Assembly: GCA_949290645.1 (NCBI GenBank)
Contig: CASESG010000006.1
Span: 23,088-87,087, forward strand
Direction of reading: 5' to 3'
Source of the DNA: an uncultured Bacillota bacterium
GTDB lineage: Bacteria > Bacillota_I > Bacilli_A > RFN20 > CAG-288
Length of the DNA: 64,000 nt
Shown: one piece after another, positions 39,586 through 49,552 of the stretch
Numbering within the stretch: the stretch's first letter is position 1
Layout of the letters: every line of letters begins with the position of its first letter
Position numbers and translations under genes: made by a program
Notes under the pieces: model-generated
Database searches by the model: none
The model's input: the letters and a program-made list of their open reading frames with translations, nothing else
Told to the model about the DNA's origin: nothing

Positions 39586-40635
39586 CTACTCCACCGACTT
39601 CAAGGACTCGCTCATCGAGATGCGGCGGATCCTCAGATCCAGAAGAGAGAGACCAGAAGGGTCACGTCCAAGGAGAGAAGAAGGGCGAAGAGATAGGTCT
39701 CGAGATTGACATGGAAGATATGGTTGAGCAGGTTCGTCCGGTTGACGGAAAGGACGAGGACCGTCAAGGGATAGCCAAAGATCAGGCCGAAGAGGGAACC
39801 CAGAAGGGAATCGGCGAGGATCTCGTAGGTCAGCATCCACGAGATCTCGAAGAACGGGAAGCCACGGACTTTCATCGTGCGATGTCCCTTTTTCGCTTGG
39901 AGAGATTGAGGGCGACGAGGTTATCGATGACGACCACTCAGAGCAGGATGACGAAGACCTGAACGACGAAAGTCATCGTCGAGATGGAGGAGAGGACGCT
40001 GTCGACCTGGTTCATCCCGTCGTCATAGGTGACGACGGAGAGAAAACGGCTGTCCTCGAGATAGGAGGAGAAATTGTCGGACAAAGAGACACCATCCTTC
40101 CGCGCCACGTGATAGGTCGTCGGGGAAAGGTCGATCTCCGGAAAATCGTCAAACCGGAAGTGGATTCCTTGAGGAAAGGGTCGATACGAAGATCTCCGTC
40201 ACCACCCACGAGTAGCGAGCCGTCCCGGAGGAGAAGGAGACCTCATCCCCCCAACGGAAAGGGAGAGCTGGCTGGGGAAGGAATTTGTCCTGTCCTTGAG
40301 CCCGACTTCGGTCAAGACCTCCTCGGGATCGAGAGGGAGGTGACGATGCTGGCGACGATTGCTACATTTTCATAAGCGGTCAGATTTTCCATCAGATTGT
40401 AGAACTGAAAGAAGAAGCCGATTTCGTTCCTTTGGAACAATTCCATCTTTTTGAACGTGAAATGGCAGACTTTCTCCCTATCGAAGAGATGTCTTTCCGA
40501 AGTCGCCATGTCCACTCCTCCCAAGAGGTTGAGGAGCGCGGTTTTGCTCGCTCCCTGGGGCCCCAGGATGACACCGAAAGAGCCCTTCTGCAACGAGAAG
40601 GAGACATCCCGGGCATGGACGAGGGCCTCTTTCAC
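39586..40635 (-). pseudogene. Degraded LolD/FtsX-like ABC transporter (ATPase 5' half plus permease 3' end)
   Basis: 40312-40635 has a decayed Walker A (GPQGASKTALL) and FQFYNLMENLTAYENV but no Walker B; 39586-40000 has FtsX C-terminal remnants (MKVRGF...SLLGSLFGLIFGYPL...RISMSESLKSVE) in shifting frames. Confidence 0.75.
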
Positions 40636-40679
40636 GCCATAGTCCTTCTTGCGGTTCTGACAGACGATCTAGTTCTCTT

Positions 40680-41300
40680 TCATCGGATGAAATTCGTGTG
40701 GATGGATTCCTCCTTCTTGGGGAGTCCCTCCTTCTCCTTCCGCTCCCTGATGCACTTCATCATGAAGGCCATGTTCCGCGCCAGTTGGCGGATCGTTATC
40801 AATCCTTCTTCGTCTTTGAGCGCCTCTTCCCTCGTGTTTCCGTGGATGGAGTTCCAATAGCGGGAGGAGACGATTGGCATCTCGGAGATGGTGAAATACT
40901 TGTTGAGCTCGTCGAACGTCGCCGAGGCTCCGCCTCGACGGCAGCTGACAAGAGAGCAGCCGACCTTCATCCTCTTGTCGATTGCGCTTGTGGAATAGAA
41001 GAGACGGTCGAGGAAGCTGATCAGGGTTCCGTTTGCGGAAGCGAAATACACTGGGGAGGCAAGGACAAGGCCGTCGCTCTCCTTCAGCTTCTCGCCGGCG
41101 ATGTTGACCAGGTCGTTTGTGACACAGCGGTTTTCCTTCCAGCAGAAGGAGCAGGCCATGCAGCCTCTGATGTCCTTGTCTCCGACTTCCAGAATCTCGC
41201 TTTCGACTCCCTCTTCCTCAAGGACGGAGGCGAAGAGAGACAGGGCAAGGGCACAGACCCCCTCTTTGTGGGGACTTCCGTTGAGCATCAGGACTTTCAT
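40680..41300 (-). CDS. Flavodoxin-like iron-sulfur flavoprotein / NADPH-dependent FMN reductase family
   Basis: LNGSPHKEG, CMACSFCWKENRC, ASPVYF, RRGG. Confidence 0.88.
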   Translation of the reverse strand: MKVLMLNGSPHKEGVCALALSLFASVLEEEGVESEILEVGDKDIRGCMACSFCWKENRCVTNDLVNIAGEKLKESDGLVLASPVYFASANGTLISFLDRLFYSTSAIDKRMKVGCSLVSCRRGGASATFDELNKYFTISEMPIVSSRYWNSIHGNTREEALKDEEGLITIRQLARNMAFMMKCIRERKEKEGLPKKEESIHTNFIR

Positions 41301-42889
41301 CTTTTTCCCTCCGTGTTCTCGAGGTATTCCTCGAACTCGTCATAGGTCAGATAGCGATCGACATAGCTTCCGTCCTTCCTCAGATAGATGATCCGGTTGG
41401 CGATCGAGTTGAGCAGCTGTCGGTCGTGGGAGGAGAAGAGAAGGACCGACTTGGTGTCGATGAGGGCGCGGTTGAGGGCCTCGATGCTCTCCAGATCGAG
41501 ATGGTTGGTCGGTTCGTCCAGAAGGATGACATTGCCCGGGTCGAGCATGCTCTTGGAGAAGCGAAGCCGGACTTTCTCTCCGCCGGAGAGAACCTCGACC
41601 GGCTTGAGGGCCTCATCGCCCGAGAAGAGCATCCGTCCCAGAAAGCCCCGGATGTAGGTGTCCGAATCGTCGAGGGAATAGGGACGGAGATAGTTCACGA
41701 GATTGGTCTTCACGCCTTCGAATTCCTGGAAGGACGAAGGGATGTACTGACGATGGACGGTGATTCCGAACTTGAACTTCCCCGTATAGTCCTCGTCGAC
41801 TTCGGCAAGGACATCGAAGAGCTTGGTGATCGAGAGGGAGTTGTCGGCAAGGAAGGCCACCTTGTCCGTGTTGCGGAGCGTGAAGGAGAGATCCTTGAAG
41901 AACCCTTCCTTGCTCAGGTCATGCACATCCAGGACATCGTTTCCAAGCGGATATTGCGAACGGAAGGAGAGGAAGGGATACTTGCGGGAAGAAGGCTTGA
42001 TGTCGTCCAGGACGATCTTGTCCAAGGCCTTCTTTCTCGAGGTCGCCTGACGGGATTTGGAGGCGTTGGCGGAGAAGCGGGCGATGAATTCCTTGAGTTC
42101 CTTGATCTTCTCTTCCTTCTTCTTGTTCTGATCCTTCATCTGGCTCTGGATGAGCTGGCTCGACTCATACCAGAAATCGTAGTTTCCGACGAAGAGGTTG
42201 ATCTCCTTGTAGTCCACGTCCAGGATGCGGGTGCAGACGCGGTTGAGGAAATAACGGTCGTGGGAGACGATCAAGATCGTGTTGGGGAAATCCATCAGGT
42301 ATTCCTCAAGCCAGGCGGAAGCCCGGGCATCGAGGTCGTTGGTCGGTTCGTCCAGGACAAGGATGTCCGGATTCCCGAAGAGCGCCTGGGCGAGTAGGAC
42401 CTTGACCTTCATCCGGTGGTCGAGTTCCTTCATCAGCTTGTGGTGATAGGAAGGGTCGATTCCGAGGGAGCAGAGAAGCTGGGTCGCGTCCGTCTCCGCG
42501 TTCCAGCCGTCCATCTCCGCAAACTCCGTCTCCAGCTCGGCGGCCCTGTTTCCGTCCTCCTCGCTGAAGTCGCTCTTGGCATAGAGCTTCTCCTTCTCGT
42601 CCATCACCTCCACCAGGCGCGGATATCCCAGAAGGACCGTCCGCAAGACCTCGACATCATCGTATTCCTCGTGGTCCTGCTTGAGGATCGACATCCTCTC
42701 CTTGGGATCCTTGGTCACCGTTCCGGAAGTCGGCTCGAGCTCGCCGGAAATGATCCGCAAAAGAGTGGACTTTCCTGCGCCGTTGGCTCCGATGATTCCA
42801 TAGCATTCGCCCGGAGTGAAACTGACGTTGACATCCTTGAAGAGGACACGCCCTCCGAACTGCATCGACAAATCGTTGATTTTCAGCAT
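41297..42889 (-). CDS. ABC-F family ATPase (YbiT/YkpA-like)
   Basis: Two NBDs without TM: GANGAGKST, LDEPTN twice, FSANASKSRQATSRKK linker. Confidence 0.9.
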   Translation of the reverse strand: MLKINDLSMQFGGRVLFKDVNVSFTPGECYGIIGANGAGKSTLLRIISGELEPTSGTVTKDPKERMSILKQDHEEYDDVEVLRTVLLGYPRLVEVMDEKEKLYAKSDFSEEDGNRAAELETEFAEMDGWNAETDATQLLCSLGIDPSYHHKLMKELDHRMKVKVLLAQALFGNPDILVLDEPTNDLDARASAWLEEYLMDFPNTILIVSHDRYFLNRVCTRILDVDYKEINLFVGNYDFWYESSQLIQSQMKDQNKKKEEKIKELKEFIARFSANASKSRQATSRKKALDKIVLDDIKPSSRKYPFLSFRSQYPLGNDVLDVHDLSKEGFFKDLSFTLRNTDKVAFLADNSLSITKLFDVLAEVDEDYTGKFKFGITVHRQYIPSSFQEFEGVKTNLVNYLRPYSLDDSDTYIRGFLGRMLFSGDEALKPVEVLSGGEKVRLRFSKSMLDPGNVILLDEPTNHLDLESIEALNRALIDTKSVLLFSSHDRQLLNSIANRIIYLRKDGSYVDRYLTYDEFEEYLENTEGKR

Positions 42890-43195
42890 TTTGTTCTTTC
42901 TCGACTTTCCTCACTATTGTAAGGCCCGAGAAAAAGGAATCCTAGGACAGGGAAGCGTTTTTATGAGGAAATCCTCAGGAAAAGCCGAGCCTTCGTGCAA
43001 CAGATGCCATCCGAAACCCTTTGCGAGCGTCCCCCCTGACTCGAATTCAACCGAACCAATCTTGATCACCCTAAAGTCGACGCTCACGACAACCCCTTGC
43101 AAAAGACCTCTGCCACCCTTTCCAAACGATGTTTCTCCTTCTTCCCGGATGATGAATTGCAGACGAAAATAATGGCCAAAAAGCACATAAAAACG

Positions 43196-43222
43196 AAAAA
43201 AGCCCGATTTCTCGAGCTTTTT
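43196..43222 (-). terminator. Terminator downstream of tRNA-Pro
   Basis: Minus strand AAAAAGCTCGA-GAAA-TCGGGCTTTTTT. Confidence 0.8.
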
Positions 43223-43230
43223 GAATCCAA

Positions 43231-43307
43231 TGGTCGGAACAATGAGATTTGAACTCATGACCCCTTCCACCCCAAGGAAGTGCGCTACCAAGCTGCGCTA
43301 TGTCCCG
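43231..43307 (-). tRNA. tRNA-Pro(GGG)
   Basis: CGGGACATAGCGCAGCTTGGTAGCGCA, anticodon arm CTTCC-TTGGGGT-GGAAG, GTTCAAATC, encoded CCA; 77 nt. Confidence 0.95.
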
Positions 43308-43357
43308 AAGTGCCTCTTTCAAGGCGAAGAAAATTATAGCAATGTCCACAACTCATT

Positions 43358-43987
43358 TCAAGCGTTGTCGCTGCGCTTACTCGGGTGGTCGAGTTCCGCG
43401 AGAAGTTCGTCCTTCGTCCGATCGGTGATTTTCCCCTCGCACCAGGATTCCAGGATCTTCTCACGCAATTTCTCTTTCTTCTCCTCCTTTTCCTCCTTTT
43501 CTAATTCCAGGGCGAGGTTTCGATTCTTTTCTTTAGCCGTCTCCTTGACAAGCTTGCGGTAATCCTTGTTCAGAAGAAGGAAGAAGACCAGGGAGGAGGA
43601 CAAGGAAAAGAGGAGGGAGAAGGAAAGAGAGACGCTGTCGAGACTTCCAAGGATTCCCGCCACAAAGCCGAAGGAGAAAAAGAAGATCGTGGAAAGGCTG
43701 GAGAACAGAAAGAGGATCAGGGCGAAGAAGGAGAGATTCCTCACGGAAGGAAGGTCCTTCGGAAAGAAGGAAAGGAGAGCAAGGACAAAGGAGAGGACAA
43801 GAAGAAGGAGCGAGACGATCCCGCAGATTCCCGAGAAGAAGGCCAGGGAATTCCCGTCCGCCAGAGACGAGAAAGAACCAAGGAGAGAATAGAGTCCCTT
43901 GCCGACGGCAAGAAGGGCGAGCGTCGAAGGAACGAAGACAAGAAGGAGGAGGGAAGGAAAACGGTGGCGCCAAAACGAGTTTTTCAT
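43358..43987 (-). CDS. Hypothetical membrane protein (about 4 TM, charged C-terminus)
   Basis: Overlaps the uvrC stop by 4 bp; hydrophobic segments. Confidence 0.65.
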   Translation of the reverse strand: MKNSFWRHRFPSLLLLVFVPSTLALLAVGKGLYSLLGSFSSLADGNSLAFFSGICGIVSLLLLVLSFVLALLSFFPKDLPSVRNLSFFALILFLFSSLSTIFFFSFGFVAGILGSLDSVSLSFSLLFSLSSSLVFFLLLNKDYRKLVKETAKEKNRNLALELEKEEKEEKKEKLREKILESWCEGKITDRTKDELLAELDHPSKRSDNA

Positions 43988-45789
43988 CCTTGTTTTTCTC
44001 CTTTCCGAGCTTGGAAGAACAGGTTCCTCTTGTCGAGGATCTTCTTCGCAACCTCCGCAGGAACGACCTGTTCCAATTCGTCCTTTGTGATTCCCTTCAG
44101 GGAATCGATCGTCGGATAGAGCTCCAATAGGGTTCTTTTCCTCTTCGGCCCGATTCCCTCAATGTCATCGTAGATGGTCTTGAAGGCGCTCTTTTCACGC
44201 AGCGACCGATGATAGGAGATCGCATACCGATGGACTTCGTCCTGCATCCGCATCAAGAGGAAGAAGAGGGGGCTCTTCCGGTCGAGGGGGATGACCTCTC
44301 CCGTATCGGCGTTGAGAAGGCTGTCCGTCTCATGCTTCTCGTTCTTCTTCAGGCCGCAGATGGCGATGTCGACATGGTATTCTTCCTTGCACTCGAGAGC
44401 GACCTGACACTGGTTCTCGCCGCCATCGACAAGAATCAGGTCGGGAAGCTTCGCCTTCTCCTCGACCAGGCGGGCAAAGCGACGGGAGAGGACTTCCCTC
44501 ATCGAGGCGAGATCGTCCTGGCTGTTCTCCTGACGGATCTTGTATTTCCGATAGAGGGAGGGAGCCTTCTCCCCGTTGATGAACTTGACCATCGCCCCAA
44601 CGCATTCCGCTCCCTGGGTGTGCGAGTTGTCGTAGAGCTCGATGTCCAGGGGGGTCTTCTTCAATCCGAGCTTGTTCTGAAGCTCGACTAGAAGGGCGAG
44701 GACATCGTCCTTGAGCCTGGCCGTCTGGAAGTGTTCGTCGAGCATCTGACGGCTGTTCTCCAGGGCCATCGCCAGCAGGTCCTTCCTCTTTCCCCGAGTG
44801 GGGGAGACGGCATCAAAGCCCAGGGCTTCCGTGAGGACAGAAGAGAGGGAAGAATGCGGGACGATCAGCTCCTTGGGATGGGGATGATTCTGATAGAACT
44901 GGACAATCATGTTCTCGAGGAAATCGTCGATGTCGTCTTCCAGTTCCTCGACATAGACGTTCTTTCCCAGTAAGACACCTTTGCGGTAGAGAAGGAAGAC
45001 GACACAGATATAACCCTCCCTTATGGAATAGCTGACGACATCGCGGTCGACGTGATCCTCGAACATGACCTTCTGCCTGGTCGTGACGTTTTCGATGGCC
45101 AAAAGAACGTCCTTGATCTCCTTGGCCCGTTCGAACTCCAGGTTCTTGGCCTTCTCCTTCATCTCCGTCTCGAGCATGCGGACGACGTCGTTGGTCTCTC
45201 CCTTGAGGAAGAGAGTGACGTCCTTGACCATCTTCTCGTAATCCTCCTTGGGAATCGTTCGGATGCAAGGAGCCAGACACTGCCCCATGTGGTAATAGAG
45301 ACAGGGCTTCTTGGGAAGGTTCCGGCACTTTCGCATCGGATAGATCTTGTTGAGCAGATCGATCATCTTGTAGGCCATCGAGGAGTTGGGATAAGGGCCG
45401 AAGTAGAGATAGCCCTTCTCCTTGTCGTTGCGGCTGATCTTGAGATAGGGATCTCCTCCCTTGCGGAGGGCGATGTAGGGATACATCTTGTCGTCCATCA
45501 GCATGATGTTGTACTTGGGATAGTACTTGTGGATCAAGGAGATCTCCAGAAGCAGGGCTTCCTTCTCAGTCTGGGTCTCGATGATGTCGAAGTCCCGAAT
45601 CTCCTGCACCATGCGAAAGACCTTGCCCGACTGGGTCCTGGTGAAATATTGCTTGACCCTCTTGAGCAGGGACTTCGCCTTCCCGACATAGATGATCGTC
45701 CCGTCCTTGTCCTTCATCTGATAGGAACCGGGCCGGTCGGGAAGAAGGTTGATCTTCTCCCGCAGAAGAGGTATGTCCAAGGGATTCAT
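43984..45789 (-). CDS. uvrC: Excinuclease ABC subunit C
   Basis: IYVGKAK GIY-YIG domain, YDNSH, LILVDGG, QDEVHRYAISYHR, HhH GIGPKR. Confidence 0.97.
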   Translation of the reverse strand: MNPLDIPLLREKINLLPDRPGSYQMKDKDGTIIYVGKAKSLLKRVKQYFTRTQSGKVFRMVQEIRDFDIIETQTEKEALLLEISLIHKYYPKYNIMLMDDKMYPYIALRKGGDPYLKISRNDKEKGYLYFGPYPNSSMAYKMIDLLNKIYPMRKCRNLPKKPCLYYHMGQCLAPCIRTIPKEDYEKMVKDVTLFLKGETNDVVRMLETEMKEKAKNLEFERAKEIKDVLLAIENVTTRQKVMFEDHVDRDVVSYSIREGYICVVFLLYRKGVLLGKNVYVEELEDDIDDFLENMIVQFYQNHPHPKELIVPHSSLSSVLTEALGFDAVSPTRGKRKDLLAMALENSRQMLDEHFQTARLKDDVLALLVELQNKLGLKKTPLDIELYDNSHTQGAECVGAMVKFINGEKAPSLYRKYKIRQENSQDDLASMREVLSRRFARLVEEKAKLPDLILVDGGENQCQVALECKEEYHVDIAICGLKKNEKHETDSLLNADTGEVIPLDRKSPLFFLLMRMQDEVHRYAISYHRSLREKSAFKTIYDDIEGIGPKRKRTLLELYPTIDSLKGITKDELEQVVPAEVAKKILDKRNLFFQARKGEKQG

Positions 45790-48107
45790 TTGAGATGGAT
45801 GATCGTGGCGCCAAGGCCACCTTCTCCTTCCCCGCCCAGACGATAGTCTTTCACGAAGTCCGAATGGTTCTGGAGATATTTCCAGAGAGCGTTCTTCAGG
45901 GCGAAGGTTCCCGCCCCGTGGATGATGCGCACGCTCGAAAGCTTGCGGACGCGAGCCGAATCCAAAAAGGAGACCACCTTCCGCATCGCCTCGTCCACAT
46001 GGAGGCCGATGATGTTGAGCTCCATCCCCTGGGAGGGATTGAGATCGAGATGGACCGTCTCGACATAGGTCTTCTTCGCCTCCTTCTTCTTCGTCGTCAG
46101 GGACAGGCCGGCAATCGGGCGCCGGATCTTCAAGCCGTCATAGTCGATCGTCGCCTCGTTCTTCTTCAACTCGAGGACCTTTCCCAGGTGATGGTCCTCG
46201 TCCAGGACATAGTCTCCTTCCTTGAGGGTGGGAAGAGGGACTTGCTTCTCAGGCTCGACCTTCTTGTCCTTCTCCAGGAACTGGTGAAGCTCGCCCTTGG
46301 CCTTGCTCAGCTCGTTGAAGCTCAGCTCCTTCCTTCCCTTGCCTTGGAAGAGGAGGTCGAGTTCCGCGATCTTCTTCTCGACGATCCTCTCCACCTTCTC
46401 CTGGGCCCTGAGATGGATGTTGCTCTTCTCGAGGTTGATGGCCTCGAGCTGCTGTTTCTTCTTCGTCTCCAATCGCTCGAGGTCCTTCAGGCGGTTGTCG
46501 ATCGTCTTCTCCTTCTCCTCGAGCCTTCTCTTCTGGGCGTTGAGGTCATCAACGATGCTGTCGACATCGATCTCGTTGCGGCTGCGGTTATATTCCTCCG
46601 CCCTCTTCAGGATCGACTCCGGAAGACCGATCCTCCTTGCCAGAAGCAGGCCGTAGGAATTCCCGGAAGTCCCGACCAAAAGGCGATAGGTCGGGGAGAG
46701 GGTCTCCTTTTTGAATTCCATCGCCGCGGAGAGAACCCTCTTGTCGGAAAGGGCATAGTTCTTCATCCCGTCGAAGTGGGAAGTCATCAAAGTCAAAGAA
46801 GAGAGATCCTCGAAGTAGGAGAGCAAGGCGATTCCCAGGGCCTCCCCGTCCTTTGGGGACGTTCCTTCCCCAACCTCGTCGATGATGACCAAGGAATCCT
46901 TGTCCGCCTTCTCGACGATCCCCTTGATTCCCAGAAGATGGCCGGAGAAGGTCGAGAGGTTGTCCATCACCGACTGATTGTCTCCGCCCAGGAAGAGGAC
47001 ATCCTTGAGAAAGGGAACCTCCCCTCCTTGATGGGCGGGAACGAAAAGGCCCAAACGGTCCATCAACACCGCGATACCGACGGCGCGGATCAGAATCGAC
47101 TTTCCGCCGGCGTTGGGGCCGGTGATCAAGAGAAGACGGGGCTTCTCTCCGCCCATGGACAGGGTGTTGCTGACGATTGTCTCGGCATTGAGAAGAGGAT
47201 GGAAGAAGGATTCCAAGGTCAGGGAATCCGTGGACAAAGTTGCGATCGACCCATCATAGGAATGTCCGAAGTCCGTCGCTCCGAAGAATCGGTCCAGACG
47301 AAGAAGGACCTCATAGTCCTGTGCGAGGGAAGGAAGGTTCTCCCGGGCCAGGGAAGAGAGGTCGGCCAAGATCTTGAGGATCTCCTCCTGCTCCTCCTGA
47401 CGAAGGGAGAGGAGCTTGTTCTTCTGCTCCAGGACCGCATAGGGAACCATGTAGACCGTCTCCCCGGTCTTGGAATAGGAGAGGACCGTTCCCGGAACCT
47501 GTCCCTTGTCGGAGAGCTTGACGGGAAGAGTCTCCATCCCGGCCTTGATCGTCACGCTGTCCAAGGAGAGATAGCGGGAATAGCGCCGGCGATAGACTTC
47601 CATCGCTCCCTGGATTTGGCTTTCGAGACTGCGGATCTCCCCTCTCAGGGAGAAGAGCTTTCCGGTCGCCGTGTCGGAGATCGTCCCGTCGCTTTCGATG
47701 CTCTGGGAGAGCTTCTGCTCCAAATTCGCGATTGGTTTGAGAAGATAGGACTCATCCACCAGGATCTCCAAATTCTCCAGCGACAAGAGCTCCTTCTGGA
47801 TCTCCCGGACGGAAGAAAGAAGGTCCTTGATCGAGAGGAGGGAGGAAACCTCCAAAGCCCTTCCCTTGTCGAGATCGGTCAGGATCGGATCGAGGTCGGG
47901 AAGGTTGGGAAGAGAAAGACGATGCCCTGCCTTCAGGAAGAGCTCGCACTCCTTGAGATAGTCGTGGTCGCGCAAAAGCTCGTCCCTGTCCTTGCTCAGG
48001 AGCAAAGAGAACGTCGCCTTCTTCTTCATCCCCTCCGTCGCCAGAAAGAGCCGATATCTCTTCAGGACCTCTTCGATCTCTTCCCGCAGTTTGTTGTTTT
48101 GTTCCAT
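45786..48107 (-). CDS. mutS2: MutS2 endonuclease
   Basis: ITGPNAGGKS, LSTFSGH, DEVGEGTSP, Smr domain IIHGAGT; ATG 48107 (MEQNNK). Confidence 0.95.
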   Translation of the reverse strand: MEQNNKLREEIEEVLKRYRLFLATEGMKKKATFSLLLSKDRDELLRDHDYLKECELFLKAGHRLSLPNLPDLDPILTDLDKGRALEVSSLLSIKDLLSSVREIQKELLSLENLEILVDESYLLKPIANLEQKLSQSIESDGTISDTATGKLFSLRGEIRSLESQIQGAMEVYRRRYSRYLSLDSVTIKAGMETLPVKLSDKGQVPGTVLSYSKTGETVYMVPYAVLEQKNKLLSLRQEEQEEILKILADLSSLARENLPSLAQDYEVLLRLDRFFGATDFGHSYDGSIATLSTDSLTLESFFHPLLNAETIVSNTLSMGGEKPRLLLITGPNAGGKSILIRAVGIAVLMDRLGLFVPAHQGGEVPFLKDVLFLGGDNQSVMDNLSTFSGHLLGIKGIVEKADKDSLVIIDEVGEGTSPKDGEALGIALLSYFEDLSSLTLMTSHFDGMKNYALSDKRVLSAAMEFKKETLSPTYRLLVGTSGNSYGLLLARRIGLPESILKRAEEYNRSRNEIDVDSIVDDLNAQKRRLEEKEKTIDNRLKDLERLETKKKQQLEAINLEKSNIHLRAQEKVERIVEKKIAELDLLFQGKGRKELSFNELSKAKGELHQFLEKDKKVEPEKQVPLPTLKEGDYVLDEDHHLGKVLELKKNEATIDYDGLKIRRPIAGLSLTTKKKEAKKTYVETVHLDLNPSQGMELNIIGLHVDEAMRKVVSFLDSARVRKLSSVRIIHGAGTFALKNALWKYLQNHSDFVKDYRLGGEGEGGLGATIIHLK

Positions 48108-48176
48108 AAACGTAGTGATTTTAGCACATCGAAGGAGAGAATCTATGCTATATATAGAGGCGGAGGAGAATAGCAT

Positions 48177-49088
48177 TTGATCTACGCCAAAATAAAGGTG
48201 ACCCCAGAGAAGGCCGAAGAGATCAGGGATTTCTACAAGGCCGAGGAAATCAAGGACGAGAAGAGACCCTACGACTACTTCCAGGTCCGCCGCCAGGGCA
48301 TCGACATCCACGCCTACAAGAACCGCAAGGAAGTCTATGCCATCGTCTTCTCCGGCCCGAAGGAGGCCAAGGAGGAGGCAGAGCTCTTTTCCAAGGACGT
48401 GACCGTCACCGAGAGCGAATCCACGGAGAAGAATGAGGAAGGTTTCGAAGACCTCTCGAGGCAGATCGGAACCGACGAGGTCGGAGTCGGAGACTTCTTC
48501 GGCCCCTTGATCGTCGTCGCGAGCTACGTCGAGGAGAAGGACATTCCCCTTCTGGAGCGTTTCCGCATCGAGGACTCGAAGAAGATGAAGGACGACTACA
48601 TCCTCGAGATCGGAAAGAGCATCGAGAGCAAGTTCCGCTCCTATTCCTGCTCTCTCTCCGCCCACAAGCTCTCCGAGATCGTCACCCGGGGACAGAACAT
48701 CCACAAAGTGATGGCCATCCTCCACAACTACAGCCAGAAGAAGCTTGCGGAGCGCTACCACATCAGCAAGAAAGTCATCTGCTACGTCGATCAATTCGAG
48801 AGCGAGGACCTCTACCTCAAGCACGTCGGGAAAGACCGGATCGAAAACCCTCTCTACTTCCGCACCAGAGGAGAGACCTTCTTCCCTTCCGTCGCCCTAT
48901 CCTCCGTTCTGGCACGATACCACTTTCTCAATGAGTGGAAGAAGATGGAAGAAGACTTGAGCTGTGAGATTCCCAAGGGTGCCTCCGCTCAGGTCGACCT
49001 CGTCTTCCAGCGTCTGCGAAAGAAGGAAGGAGCGGAAAAGGTCGATCGCTATGTCAAAAAGTACTTCCGAAACTACCAAAGGGACTGA
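48177..49088 (+). CDS. rnhC: Ribonuclease HIII
   Basis: IGTDEVGVGDFFGP, DSKK, VDQF, SVALSSVLAR; N-terminal extension; GGAGGAG before TTG. Confidence 0.92.
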   Translation: MIYAKIKVTPEKAEEIRDFYKAEEIKDEKRPYDYFQVRRQGIDIHAYKNRKEVYAIVFSGPKEAKEEAELFSKDVTVTESESTEKNEEGFEDLSRQIGTDEVGVGDFFGPLIVVASYVEEKDIPLLERFRIEDSKKMKDDYILEIGKSIESKFRSYSCSLSAHKLSEIVTRGQNIHKVMAILHNYSQKKLAERYHISKKVICYVDQFESEDLYLKHVGKDRIENPLYFRTRGETFFPSVALSSVLARYHFLNEWKKMEEDLSCEIPKGASAQVDLVFQRLRKKEGAEKVDRYVKKYFRNYQRD

Positions 49089-49124
49089 AAAGGCGCTATA
49101 ATCGGGGTCGAGAGGAGGTTCCGA

Positions 49125-49490
49125 ATGAAATCGTTTCTTTTCGCCGCGCTGAGCCTCGTCTCAGGCCTGGGCAAGGATCAGGAGAATGAAAGTCTCCACA
49201 ATCTAGAGATCGAGAAGAACAGCGACCAGATCATCGAAGGACGATACGCCTGCGTCAACAACCTCTGCACGCTCTCGGTCAAGGACACGCTCACGGAGGA
49301 CTATCTCTACACCTTCGACGCCAAGGAAGCCAAGCACGTCTATCGGAACAAGGAAGAAATCCATCCTGAGGATCTCAAGGACGGGGATCTGCTTCGCATC
49401 ACCTACGACGGGACAATCGCCCTGGAATATCCGCCACGCCTGTCCAACATCTCCAAGATCGAAGTCGTCGACGAAGGATCAAAAAAATAG
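49125..49490 (+). CDS. Small secreted protein, DUF3221/YobA-like
   Basis: AGGAGG RBS, signal-like N-terminus, LKDGDLLRITYDGTIALEYPP motif. Confidence 0.6.
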   Translation: MKSFLFAALSLVSGLGKDQENESLHNLEIEKNSDQIIEGRYACVNNLCTLSVKDTLTEDYLYTFDAKEAKHVYRNKEEIHPEDLKDGDLLRITYDGTIALEYPPRLSNISKIEVVDEGSKK

Positions 49491-49552
49491 CCCCCGAGGG
49501 AAGAGCTCGACAAGAGGAAGTCGAACCCTCCCCAAGAGGGCCTTTTTTCGTT

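Noticed and set aside
42914-43349. Short ORFs around and across tRNA-Pro
   Set aside because: They overlap the tRNA or lack an RBS and recognisable motifs.
48108-48824. N-terminal extension giving a 1012 aa MutS2
   Set aside because: It overlaps rnhC on the other strand; a -10 box and ATG at 48107 give a normal-length MutS2.
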